Assembly (NCBI RefSeq): GCF_001050135.1
Contig: NZ_CP012040.1
Location: 1,646,997 to 1,710,996 of the forward strand
Direction of reading: 5' to 3'
Length of the DNA stretch: 64,000 bases
Origin: Cyclobacterium amurskyense
GTDB lineage: Bacteria; Bacteroidota; Bacteroidia; Cytophagales; Cyclobacteriaceae
A model generated the notes under the pieces. It had not been told where the DNA came from and did not search any database. It was given only the letters and a program-made list of their open reading frames with translations. Below, piece by piece: positions 22,069 to 30,967 of the stretch. How positions within the stretch are numbered: the stretch's first letter is position 1; every line of letters begins with the position of its first letter. Made by a program: the position numbers and the translations under genes.

Positions 22069-22676
22069 TATTCTTTTACCCAGGTCACTTTATCCGAAAT
22101 GGGTGTTCTTTTTCCTTCAGGCCATCCGTCTGATACAGGTTTGGCAATAAAGAAAAAACCCATTAACATGTCTTCTTCACCAAGTCCAAAAAACGGTTTG
22201 GCTTCTGGCCAGAAAGTAGGTGCACCTGTACTCCAGTATGCTGCTAATCCTCTAGCACTGGCTGTAAGATACATGTTTTGTACTGACATAGCAACAGCCG
22301 CTATTTCTTCCATTTCGGGAAGATTGGCTCGAAGATCCCTTTTCATACCTATTGCGATTACATGAGAAGCTTTCAATGGATTCTCCTTCAATTTGGTATA
22401 CACGGCTTCTTTGAAAACGCCTGTTTTTTCGCTTCGTTCTTTGTATAGATTGGACTGGTAATCAGCCAGCTTTTTCAATCCCTCACCTGAAAACACCATG
22501 TAATGCCATGGTTGTGTCAACTTATGAGTAGGGGCCCAATTGGCATTTTCCAAAAGCTCTTTAATAATACTGTCCTCTATGGGATCATTTTCCTTGAATT
22601 GGGCCACAAATTGGGACCTTCTGTGGCGGATGATTTTATTGACTTCTTCTATATTGAATACAGGCTTGTTGTTCAT
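22068..22676 (-). CDS. nitroreductase-family protein
   Basis: 202-aa fold with an N-terminal RHRRS FMN-binding motif. Confidence 0.65.
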   Translation of the reverse strand: MNNKPVFNIEEVNKIIRHRRSQFVAQFKENDPIEDSIIKELLENANWAPTHKLTQPWHYMVFSGEGLKKLADYQSNLYKERSEKTGVFKEAVYTKLKENPLKASHVIAIGMKRDLRANLPEMEEIAAVAMSVQNMYLTASARGLAAYWSTGAPTFWPEAKPFFGLGEEDMLMGFFFIAKPVSDGWPEGKRTPISDKVTWVKE

Positions 22677-22701
22677 ATTTTGTCTTTATTTTTTGGATCC
22701 A

Positions 22702-24954
22702 CTAATATTTTAGACCAACCTTTATTCCTCCGTAAAAGTTTCTTATGGCTGCAGGTTGGTAATACCTACCCCCAAACGGATTGAGGTCATTGCCTAGACT
22801 GTAACTGGCATTCGTTAAATTTTGAACCCCAAAATACAATTCCAGGTCAAAAGCTTTTCCAACATCCCCTCTCCATCCTGCTCTTGAGTTCATCAGGTGA
22901 TAAGACTCCTGAAACACAGTATTGGCATCATTCAAAGGAATGTCATCCACATACTGATGGGTGAAATTCAGGTAAAACCCAGGCTTGGTTTTAATATCCA
23001 ATTGGTTCACCAAGGTGTGGGGGGCAACGCCAGTGAGGTCGTTTCCACTGTAATCGTTGTCTCCTTTTACAAAGTCCTCAAACTTAAAATAATGACCTGT
23101 AAAAGAATGCGTGACTTTCACTTCTTGTACGAAAGACATTTGCTTTCTTACCAGGGCATAATCTACCATCAATTCTATTCCCTTCTGGTTGGTTGCTCCA
23201 GCATTTCTAAAGAGCACCACCCCTTGCTCATTGACAAAAGTAGTGATGGTTTCATCCAATTTAAAGTAGAAAACAGAACCATCTACATTGACCCTGCCCT
23301 TATTGAAACTTGAGCGGTAACCCAATTCATAATTCACTCCCTTTTCCGCCTCCAGGTCAAGGTTAATTGAGCCTTCATTGGTCCTTACCTCATCGATGGT
23401 AGGTGGAGAGAAGCCTGAGCTAATACTGGCATGCAAAGCTGCATTGTTGTTTAATTTTGCTGACAAAGCCACCCTTGGCACAATCACCGGGTCAAAAGTA
23501 CGCTTGGCATTGGAAGGTACCCCATTGATCATATCAATGTTTCTAGCGATGTTAAAACTAGAAAAGTTTTCGCTCAAGCCTATGGTCATTAAGAACCTAT
23601 CGGAGAGTTCCGCTTCCAACTGTTGGAAAAGAAAAGCAGTACTTGTCAATAGCTCATCACCAAAACGGATGGTATCAATTTGCCCTCCATTATTGCCAAA
23701 ATTTTGGGCAGATGTTTTAGAAAACTGGTATTCACCTCCACCTATAAGCCTTACAGGAATATTAGACCATATGTCGTCATAAGTAAAGCTTGTCCTTCCG
23801 CCATAACCAAATTGCGTCTCTTTTTTGTAATCCAGGTTAAAAGGATTCTCAAAATCTGTGGTATTGATATAAATAGACGTTTTATTGTCAAGGTTATGGT
23901 TAAATCTATAATCATGAGACAGCGTACCATACATTGACTTTTGATTGATAGAGGCATTCTGAGCTGCAGATCCTGGCCTGGCCTGTCTTGGATTTTCAGC
24001 TAATTGTGTCGCATTCAATGCCCCAGGTAATTCATAGAAAAGATCGGAATAAAGGATTTGAGTGGTTAGCTTTTGTTTCTTGGAAGGCTGAAAATAACCT
24101 GTCACTTGAAGCACTTCTCTGTCCATAACAGTATGGTCTCTGTAACCATCTGATTTTTGCTTGGCATAAGATACGCTAAGACCTCCATTTTCTAGTTTTT
24201 GGTCTATGCCCAATCGGTAACGAACCAAACCAAAGGCTCCTACAGAAAGGTCTGCACCAATTCTATTTTCATCTACCGTCTCTTTGCTGGTAAAGCTAAT
24301 CACTCCTCCATTGCCAGCACCATAGATACTACCTGCAGGACCTTTAATGATTTCTGTATTTTGAATATTGGACAAGTCCATTATGTTCAAAGGTGTGGTA
24401 CCATCTGGAGCTGTAAAAGGCATACCGTTCCAGTAAACCTTTACATTTCGCACCCCAAAAGGAGAGCGCAAAGAGCTTCCGCGAATAGACACCCGATAAC
24501 TGGCAGGTGCACGTTCTTCAATTCTAATTCCAGGTTTGGTATTAAATGCTTGAACAATGGAGGTTTCATTGAACCTGTACAAATCTGATTCTGATACACG
24601 CGCTATTCCAGCTGCCTGTTCCAATAGTGGCCGTTCTGACTCAAAAGAACTAACCAAAACTTCAGTAAGTGCATTTTCTCCTCTTACCAAAAACACAATA
24701 ATTTCACCTGAAGCAGGCACCAATACGGATTGTTCCTCAAAGGCTATGTGTGAAAATAGCAAATTTGAAGGCTCACTGAGGTCAACCGTTAATTCTCCGT
24801 TTTCATTAGCTGTTATGGCTTTTTTGGTATCTACCTTAACCGTGACAAAGGCAACTGGCTCTCGGGATTCGGCATCCAATACTTTAATATTCGTTTGTGC
24901 CAAAAGCCCCAGCGGAAGAAGGCATAATACTAATAGGTATAATTTTAATTTCAT
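22702..24954 (-). CDS. TonB-dependent receptor
   Basis: The likely start is the internal Met (MKLKLYLLVLCLLPLGLLAQT signal peptide), trimming 24 codons from the ORF-track start at 25026. Plug and barrel, C-terminal ...GLKY. Confidence 0.7.
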   Translation of the reverse strand: MKLKLYLLVLCLLPLGLLAQTNIKVLDAESREPVAFVTVKVDTKKAITANENGELTVDLSEPSNLLFSHIAFEEQSVLVPASGEIIVFLVRGENALTEVLVSSFESERPLLEQAAGIARVSESDLYRFNETSIVQAFNTKPGIRIEERAPASYRVSIRGSSLRSPFGVRNVKVYWNGMPFTAPDGTTPLNIMDLSNIQNTEIIKGPAGSIYGAGNGGVISFTSKETVDENRIGADLSVGAFGLVRYRLGIDQKLENGGLSVSYAKQKSDGYRDHTVMDREVLQVTGYFQPSKKQKLTTQILYSDLFYELPGALNATQLAENPRQARPGSAAQNASINQKSMYGTLSHDYRFNHNLDNKTSIYINTTDFENPFNLDYKKETQFGYGGRTSFTYDDIWSNIPVRLIGGGEYQFSKTSAQNFGNNGGQIDTIRFGDELLTSTAFLFQQLEAELSDRFLMTIGLSENFSSFNIARNIDMINGVPSNAKRTFDPVIVPRVALSAKLNNNAALHASISSGFSPPTIDEVRTNEGSINLDLEAEKGVNYELGYRSSFNKGRVNVDGSVFYFKLDETITTFVNEQGVVLFRNAGATNQKGIELMVDYALVRKQMSFVQEVKVTHSFTGHYFKFEDFVKGDNDYSGNDLTGVAPHTLVNQLDIKTKPGFYLNFTHQYVDDIPLNDANTVFQESYHLMNSRAGWRGDVGKAFDLELYFGVQNLTNASYSLGNDLNPFGGRYYQPAAIRNFYGGIKVGLKY

Positions 24955-25103
24955 TTTGTAAATTTTATAATAGTTGTGGTTAAGTTTCAACGCCAAAATT
25001 ACGGCATTTTTGTAGTAATGCACCACCGATGAAAAAAACCTTGCTCACTTAATCAAAATTTTGATAACTTGTTCGTGTATTTTCATTTTACCCAAAAACG
25101 ATT

Positions 25104-25646
25104 ATGGATAGAAGATCAGCTATGAAGCAATTAGCGATTCTAACCGGAGGGGCGGTATTAATGCCAGCCTGTGACTTCAGCGAGGAATCTATTTTGCAAG
25201 CCTATCAAAACCTAAACATCACCCAGAGTGATAAAGTTTTACTCACTCAGGTAACAAATACCATTTTTCCAGGCACTACACTAAAGAAGGCTGAAGAATT
25301 AATGATTCAGGACTTTGTACTTGTAATGAGTAACGATTGCCTAAGTGCGGATCAGCAAGATGGTTTCGTAAAAGGCCTTAAAGGCTGGGAAGATTTTTCA
25401 AAGAAAACCTTTGGCAAGGCATTTTCAAAAATGGACCAAAAAAAAGCTGAAGAGGCGATTGTGAAGGGAATGGCATTGGAAGGCGAAAATGAAAGTGAAG
25501 CCGGCCATACCCGCCAATTTCTAAATACCACAAAACGTTTCGCACTTCAGGGCTATCTCAATTCTGAGTATTTCATGACTGAAATTAAGCCCTACGAACT
25601 GGTTCCTGCCCGATTTTATGGCAGCAAATTAATTGAAAACGCTTAA
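25104..25646 (+). CDS. gluconate 2-dehydrogenase subunit-3-family protein (Tat signal)
   Basis: RRSAMKQLAILTGGAVL twin-arginine motif, 180 aa, immediately upstream of the GMC flavoprotein. Confidence 0.6.
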   Translation: MDRRSAMKQLAILTGGAVLMPACDFSEESILQAYQNLNITQSDKVLLTQVTNTIFPGTTLKKAEELMIQDFVLVMSNDCLSADQQDGFVKGLKGWEDFSKKTFGKAFSKMDQKKAEEAIVKGMALEGENESEAGHTRQFLNTTKRFALQGYLNSEYFMTEIKPYELVPARFYGSKLIENA

Positions 25647-25660
25647 AAAGAACGGACGCA

Positions 25661-27364
25661 ATGGCCAATTTGAATATAAAAAGCAAAAAAGAAAATAGCT
25701 ATGACGCCATCGTCATCGGCTCTGGAATAAGTGGGGGATGGGCAGCGAAAGAATTCTGTGAGAAAGGATTGAATACCCTGGTACTTGAAAGAGGCCGCGA
25801 GGTAAAACATGTCAAAGATTACCCCACCACCAACAGCATGCCTTGGGAACTTGAGCACAGGGGTGGAATACTCCAAAGTGTAAAAGAAGAAAACCCGGTA
25901 GTAAGCAGGTGTTATGCTTATAAAGAAGATACAAAGCACTTCTTCGTAAAAGATACCGAACATCCCTATGTTCAAGAAAAACCCTTTGACTGGATTCGTG
26001 GCTACCAAACCGGAGGCAAATCCCTACTTTGGGCCAGACAGGTACAACGTTGGAGCGATTTCGATTTTGAAGGACCTGCCAGAGATGGATTTGCTGTTGA
26101 CTGGCCCATCCGCTACAAAGACCTGGCGCCTTGGTACAGCCATGTAGAAAAATTCATCGGCGTTTCGGGTAACAAAGACGGAAAACCAAATTTGCCTGAT
26201 GGGGAATTTTTGCCTCCATTTGAATTGACAGCCGGAGAAAAATATTTTAAGGAGTTTTTGAAAAACAATTACCCAGAAAGGGAAATTGTAGTTGCACGTT
26301 GTGCGCATATCACTGAGAACCAGGAATTCTATGCCAAGCAAGGCAGAACCCTGTGTCAAAACAGAACCCTTTGCCAGCGTGGATGTCCCTTTGGTGGATA
26401 TTTCAGTAGCAATTCCTCCACGCTACCTTGGGCTGCCAAAACAGGCAATCTTACCATGCACCATCATGCAGTGGTACACTCCATCATTTATGATGATGCC
26501 AAAGGTAAGGCTACGGGAGTAAGGGTAATCGATGCCCAAACCAAAGAAATGAAGGAGTTTTATGCAGACATCATCTTTGTCAATGCAAGTGCGCTGAATA
26601 CCAATTTGATTTTACTTAATTCTACTTCCAGTCGTTTCCCAAATGGCTTAGGTAATGACAGCGGTATACTGGGTAAATATGTTGCCTTTCATAATTACCG
26701 TGCAGGCATTTCAGCCGAATACGATGGACTGAAGGAATACACCACCGAAGGCAGAAGACCTACTTCAGGTTACTTCCCAAGGTTCAGAAACCTACACAAG
26801 CAGGAAACGAACTTCCTTAGAGGCTATGCGGCAGGTTTTAGCTCAGGAAGAAGCACGCATAATGATTATTCAGGCATAGGTGATGAATTGGAACAGTCCA
26901 TGGCCAAGGCACCGGAATACGGTCCTTGGAGAATGGGTTCTCACATGATGGGCGAAACCATTCCTAAAGAAGAAAGCCAGGTTAGCCTTGATCCTAATCT
27001 AAAAGACGAATGGGGCATTCCACAATTGAAAATCTCCATGGATTATGACGACAATGATGAGGCCATGATAAAAGATTATTTGGAGCAAATGTCGGAAATG
27101 TTTGAGGCGGCAGGTTTCACCAATATCCGTACTAGGGATGACAAACGTGCACCAGGCCTGGACATCCACGAAATGGGAGGAGCCAGAATGGGCAAAGACC
27201 CGAAAACATCCGTACTCAATAAATGGAATCAGGTACATGCTTGCCCAAATGTATACGTTACGGATGGGGCCTGTATGACCTCCACCAGCACCCAAAACCC
27301 TTCCCTTACTTATATGGCAATTACTGCAAGAGCAGTAGACCATGCAGTAAAGAATCGGGGATAA
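25661..27364 (+). CDS. GMC-family FAD oxidoreductase (gluconate 2-dehydrogenase flavoprotein-like)
   Basis: AIVIGSGISGGWAAKE FAD motif, 567 aa, GMC C-terminal region. Confidence 0.75.
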   Translation: MANLNIKSKKENSYDAIVIGSGISGGWAAKEFCEKGLNTLVLERGREVKHVKDYPTTNSMPWELEHRGGILQSVKEENPVVSRCYAYKEDTKHFFVKDTEHPYVQEKPFDWIRGYQTGGKSLLWARQVQRWSDFDFEGPARDGFAVDWPIRYKDLAPWYSHVEKFIGVSGNKDGKPNLPDGEFLPPFELTAGEKYFKEFLKNNYPEREIVVARCAHITENQEFYAKQGRTLCQNRTLCQRGCPFGGYFSSNSSTLPWAAKTGNLTMHHHAVVHSIIYDDAKGKATGVRVIDAQTKEMKEFYADIIFVNASALNTNLILLNSTSSRFPNGLGNDSGILGKYVAFHNYRAGISAEYDGLKEYTTEGRRPTSGYFPRFRNLHKQETNFLRGYAAGFSSGRSTHNDYSGIGDELEQSMAKAPEYGPWRMGSHMMGETIPKEESQVSLDPNLKDEWGIPQLKISMDYDDNDEAMIKDYLEQMSEMFEAAGFTNIRTRDDKRAPGLDIHEMGGARMGKDPKTSVLNKWNQVHACPNVYVTDGACMTSTSTQNPSLTYMAITARAVDHAVKNRG

Positions 27365-27405
27365 TTATAAATAAAAACCCATTACACCCTTTAAGGTGAA
27401 TCAAA

Positions 27406-27439
27406 TAGGCCGGGACATTGTTCTGGCCTATTTTTTTTT
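27406..27439 (+). terminator. rho-independent terminator
   Basis: taggccgg..ctggccta hairpin followed by T9. Confidence 0.55.
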
Positions 27440-27843
27440 GGGGGGGGTGAAAAATCTAGTCTTCCCACAACAAATCGTCAATGCGAACCCTTTTTTGGGG
27501 AGGGGGTTGGCGGGGACAAGGGTTTAGCAGTCTCGCTTAATGTGGTTCCCCTTACAGTAATTGGTCCCTGAGCTTGTCGAAGGATCTTAAATCTGTAAAA
27601 ATGATCGATAACATTTGATGTACGATGCATAAGATTTTGTCAGCATTATTGCTAAAAACAAGCAACAATACCGCCAAAATCATGATGTATATATCTCCTT
27701 ACCATGGGCTGCACACATGGCTTTGATATTTAGGCCTTTCAGGCCTTTAGTGAAATAGGTTTGTTTCCGAAATTATTTTCAAGCCATTTAATTGAAAATC
27801 TACCAGATATTCAATAACTTATAACAAATAAAAACCTAAAGCC

Positions 27844-27963
27844 ATGAACATAGTTTGGATTGTTATTTTACTTATTGCAGCAGCGCTAGGAGGAGCATTC
27901 GTTTACCTGATGGTAAATAAGATTAAGGAAAGCCAAAAATCAACAAAAGATAAATCCCTTTAG
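27844..27963 (+). CDS. possible 39-aa membrane peptide (MNIVWIVILLIAAALGGAFVYLMVNKIKESQKSTKDKSL)
   Basis: Short ORF not in the track. A single hydrophobic helix plus a basic tail. No other support. Confidence 0.25.
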   Translation: MNIVWIVILLIAAALGGAFVYLMVNKIKESQKSTKDKSL

Positions 27964-28011
27964 GGAACTAGAAAGCACTGATAGTTCAGTACTCATGACA
28001 AATTAAAACGG

Positions 28012-28082
28012 AAAAGCGGTAAAGTCCTTTTGGGGCATTTACCGCCTTTTTTATTTTCAATTACTTGAAGAAGTAGTAAACT
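28012..28082. repeat. left copy of a ~70-nt direct repeat (terminator-like hairpin plus conserved tail)
   Basis: gcggtaaa..tttaccgc hairpin, then cttttttattttcaattacttgaagaagtagtaaact. A 47-nt stretch is identical to 38398-38444. Confidence 0.8.
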
Positions 28083-28142
28083 CGGGCTATGAGTTTTCCC
28101 TTAAGTAAATAACTATAAAAAGCAATACAATTACGGGATGTT

Positions 28143-28892
28143 TTACTTTTTTAATTTCTCAATTTCCATCCTTAAAAGGTTAATCTGATCCGATATTTCG
28201 CCAGAGGTTTCAGGAATTCGTTTATAGAACACATAGCGAATACGCCAAAGCTCATAGATTTGCTTCGCGTTAAAAACTTGGTCATCAATGCCTTTATGAT
28301 CCGCCCTTAGCACATAACCTTTATCTGTGCTAAAATATCGTCTTACTAAAATATCGGTATCGGTGACAACTATTACAGGGGTTCGATTATTGAGTTTCTT
28401 ATAGGCTGATTTTGGAACTAATTCACCCACTACAACATCGTTAGGATAGAATCCCACATCCTGATTCGCCATTTCCAAATCAGTAACGGTGTAAGCCCTA
28501 AATATTTTCTCATTACTGATGGGCAAGCTCATCACAGGCAAGTCTGCAATAAAGTTTTTCTTTGAATGGTGATTAAGATAGTCTGCAACACACTCGGGTA
28601 ATATTATAGGCACCTTTGTTAAGGCCGCAACCTCCATCTGGTCTGCATCGGTAGTTAAATTGGTATTAAATTTCAATAATTGATTTATGGTCAATTCCTT
28701 TGTTAGCAAATCATCAATGGGGATGCTAAAATAATTTGCAATTTTGATGATAGTATCTATTTTAGGCTCACTACGTTCTTCCTCATAAGCGCCTAAAGTA
28801 GCTCTTTTAAGGTCAAAAACCTCTGCAAATGCTTGTTGAGATAGCAACTTCAAACTTCGTATTTTTTTAATATTCCTTCCAAAAAAAGACAT
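28143..28892 (-). CDS. XRE-family HTH regulator with C-terminal LexA/CI-like (S24-like) domain
   Basis: N-terminal HTH (LSQQAFAEVFDLKRATLGAYEEERSEPKIDTIIKIANYF). The C-terminal β-rich region resembles the S24 fold but shows no clear Ser/Lys dyad. Divergent from the pspA operon. Confidence 0.55.
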   Translation of the reverse strand: MSFFGRNIKKIRSLKLLSQQAFAEVFDLKRATLGAYEEERSEPKIDTIIKIANYFSIPIDDLLTKELTINQLLKFNTNLTTDADQMEVAALTKVPIILPECVADYLNHHSKKNFIADLPVMSLPISNEKIFRAYTVTDLEMANQDVGFYPNDVVVGELVPKSAYKKLNNRTPVIVVTDTDILVRRYFSTDKGYVLRADHKGIDDQVFNAKQIYELWRIRYVFYKRIPETSGEISDQINLLRMEIEKLKK

Positions 28893-29135
28893 GTTTTGCT
28901 AATTTAATTTGCATAAATCCATTTTATTACTATATTTGTTCTAGCAATATTAGTTAAAAGCAGCGGTATTGCAAATTATTTTAGCCAATCATTCAGGGAC
29001 TTAGCCGTGACCTAACTTGCTAATTACAGGGAATTTTACTTGTATTATTCAGCAAAAAAATTAAAATTACTTCGGCTATATCTTCTTTTTTTAGATTGTC
29101 ATAAGCGAAATTGTTACTTAAGCAAACAATAAATT

Positions 29136-29531
29136 ATGGATAACTATTATAATCGTATCATAGAATTTTTATTGAAACTGGATGTTGATATTACAAAAGA
29201 AAATCCTGACGAAGGGATCTTGGTAATCCAGAAAGAGGACAACGGTATCAAGAACCTTATTGTAGGGATTGTACCCCCGGTTTTAATTTTAGAGCAGTAT
29301 ATCTTTAAAATCAAAAACAATAACAACTCGATCTACAAAAGTTTATTGCAAAAAAACAGAGACATTATTCATGGAGCATTTGTACTGGATGACGATGGCG
29401 ATAAAGTAATTTTTAGGGACACACTTCAAATAGAAAACCTAGATCTAAATGAGATAGAAGCTTCCTTAAATTCTCTAAGTCTCTTACTGAGTGAATACTC
29501 GGAACAAATCATTAAGTTTTCTAAATACTAA
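29136..29531 (+). CDS. YbjN-like (type-III-secretion-chaperone-fold) protein
   Basis: 131 aa. The pattern is typical of the YbjN/CesT-Tir-like 'sensory transduction regulator' family. First gene of the operon. Confidence 0.4.
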   Translation: MDNYYNRIIEFLLKLDVDITKENPDEGILVIQKEDNGIKNLIVGIVPPVLILEQYIFKIKNNNNSIYKSLLQKNRDIIHGAFVLDDDGDKVIFRDTLQIENLDLNEIEASLNSLSLLLSEYSEQIIKFSKY

Positions 29532-29543
29532 AATTCAAAAACA

Positions 29544-30257
29544 ATGAACTTCTTGAAACGAATATTTAAAATAGGACAGGCGGAAGCAAACGCTGCTATA
29601 GATAATATGGAAGATCCAATAAAACTAACCGAACAAGGCATTCGAGATTTAAAATTGGATTTAAATAAAAATTTAGATTCGCTTGCTCAAGTTAAAGCAT
29701 TGGCTATACGTGCAAGAAATGATAAAAAAGAGATGGATAGTTCGGCTGAAGAATACTACAATAAAGCCGTTATTATAATAAAAAAAGGGAAATCGGGAGA
29801 ATTAGCTTCTGAGGAAGCCGATCGTTTGGCAAAACAGGCATTGTTAAAAAAAGAGGAAGCTTCCAAAAAGGCTATCCAATATGCAAACGAAGCAAGCAAG
29901 TTGCAAGAATCCGTAAATCAACTTGATGTAAACATTCAAGAGCTAAAAAGCACCATTAATAACTGGGAAAATGAGCTAAAAACACTTAAGGCCAGAGTGA
30001 AGGTGAGCAATGCAAAAAATAGCTTGAACAAACAAATGGCCCAGTTGGACAGTACAGGAACCGTATCTATGCTGGAGCGAATGAAAGAAAAAGTAAACCA
30101 AGAAGAGGCACTGGCTGAGGCGTATGGCGAAATAGCCAATAAGAATCAAAGCATAGACAGCGAGTTAGATAAGGCCGCGAATATCAGTGAAGCAAATGCT
30201 GACAATGAGCTGAATGAATTAAAGAAAAATCTTGGCCTAAATGATAAAAACACATAA
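29544..30257 (+). CDS. pspA: PspA/IM30 (ESCRT-III-like) family protein
   Basis: N-terminal FLKRIFKIGQAEANAAIDNMEDPIKLTEQGIRDLKLDL aligns with E. coli PspA [26 protein letters not shown]. Coiled coil throughout, 237 aa. Confidence 0.8.
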   Translation: MNFLKRIFKIGQAEANAAIDNMEDPIKLTEQGIRDLKLDLNKNLDSLAQVKALAIRARNDKKEMDSSAEEYYNKAVIIIKKGKSGELASEEADRLAKQALLKKEEASKKAIQYANEASKLQESVNQLDVNIQELKSTINNWENELKTLKARVKVSNAKNSLNKQMAQLDSTGTVSMLERMKEKVNQEEALAEAYGEIANKNQSIDSELDKAANISEANADNELNELKKNLGLNDKNT

Positions 30258-30259
30258 AA

Positions 30260-30958
30260 GTGGAAAACATTATTGACATTATATTTTCGAGTGTAAATCT
30301 ACCATTAAGTATTTTTACCATTATTTTGATCCTCTATTGGTTATTAACCATGATTAGTGGGATTGACTTTGACTTAGATATTGATGTTGATGCTGGTTTG
30401 GATGCTAATACCGGTTTAGAAAGTAGCAATATTGATTTTGAAGATGTAGCGAACGCGGAATTCAACGAGAAAGATGTAGCGGGAAATAGGCGAATGCAAT
30501 TAAAATGGTGGCAGGTATTTTTGATTTATTTCAATTTTGTAGGCTTGCCCTTTATGTTTACTTTCACAAGTTTTGTATTTGCCTGGTGGTTTATCACTTT
30601 GACTGTAACAACTATAACACATAGCTATTCAAACAGTATAGGCTTTATTTTTATGCTGGCCAGTTTTATCCCAGCACTAATTTTCACGAAAGTTTTCACA
30701 AGTCCATTCAAAGGTTTTTTCAAGGGTTTTAATAAAAACGGAGATAAGGCCATAGATTTTATCGGAAGAAAAGGCACAAGTTTATCTAGTATTGAAAAGG
30801 ATAAATTAGGCAATGCAGAATTTATCATCGATGGCAACCCTATGTCTGTTTACATCAAATCTTTAAATGGAGAAAAAATCAGTTTTAGAGAAATAGTTCT
30901 CATTATCAAAGAGTCAGAAGACAAAAGTTTTTATTACGCACAAGTATATAACGACTAA
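30260..30958 (+). CDS. YqiJ/NfeD-like membrane protein with C-terminal OB-fold
   Basis: N-terminal TM, acidic linker, two TM helices, C-terminal β-rich domain. Immediately precedes flotillin, as in yqiJK operons. Confidence 0.55.
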   Translation: MENIIDIIFSSVNLPLSIFTIILILYWLLTMISGIDFDLDIDVDAGLDANTGLESSNIDFEDVANAEFNEKDVAGNRRMQLKWWQVFLIYFNFVGLPFMFTFTSFVFAWWFITLTVTTITHSYSNSIGFIFMLASFIPALIFTKVFTSPFKGFFKGFNKNGDKAIDFIGRKGTSLSSIEKDKLGNAEFIIDGNPMSVYIKSLNGEKISFREIVLIIKESEDKSFYYAQVYND

Positions 30959-30967
30959 TTAACAACT

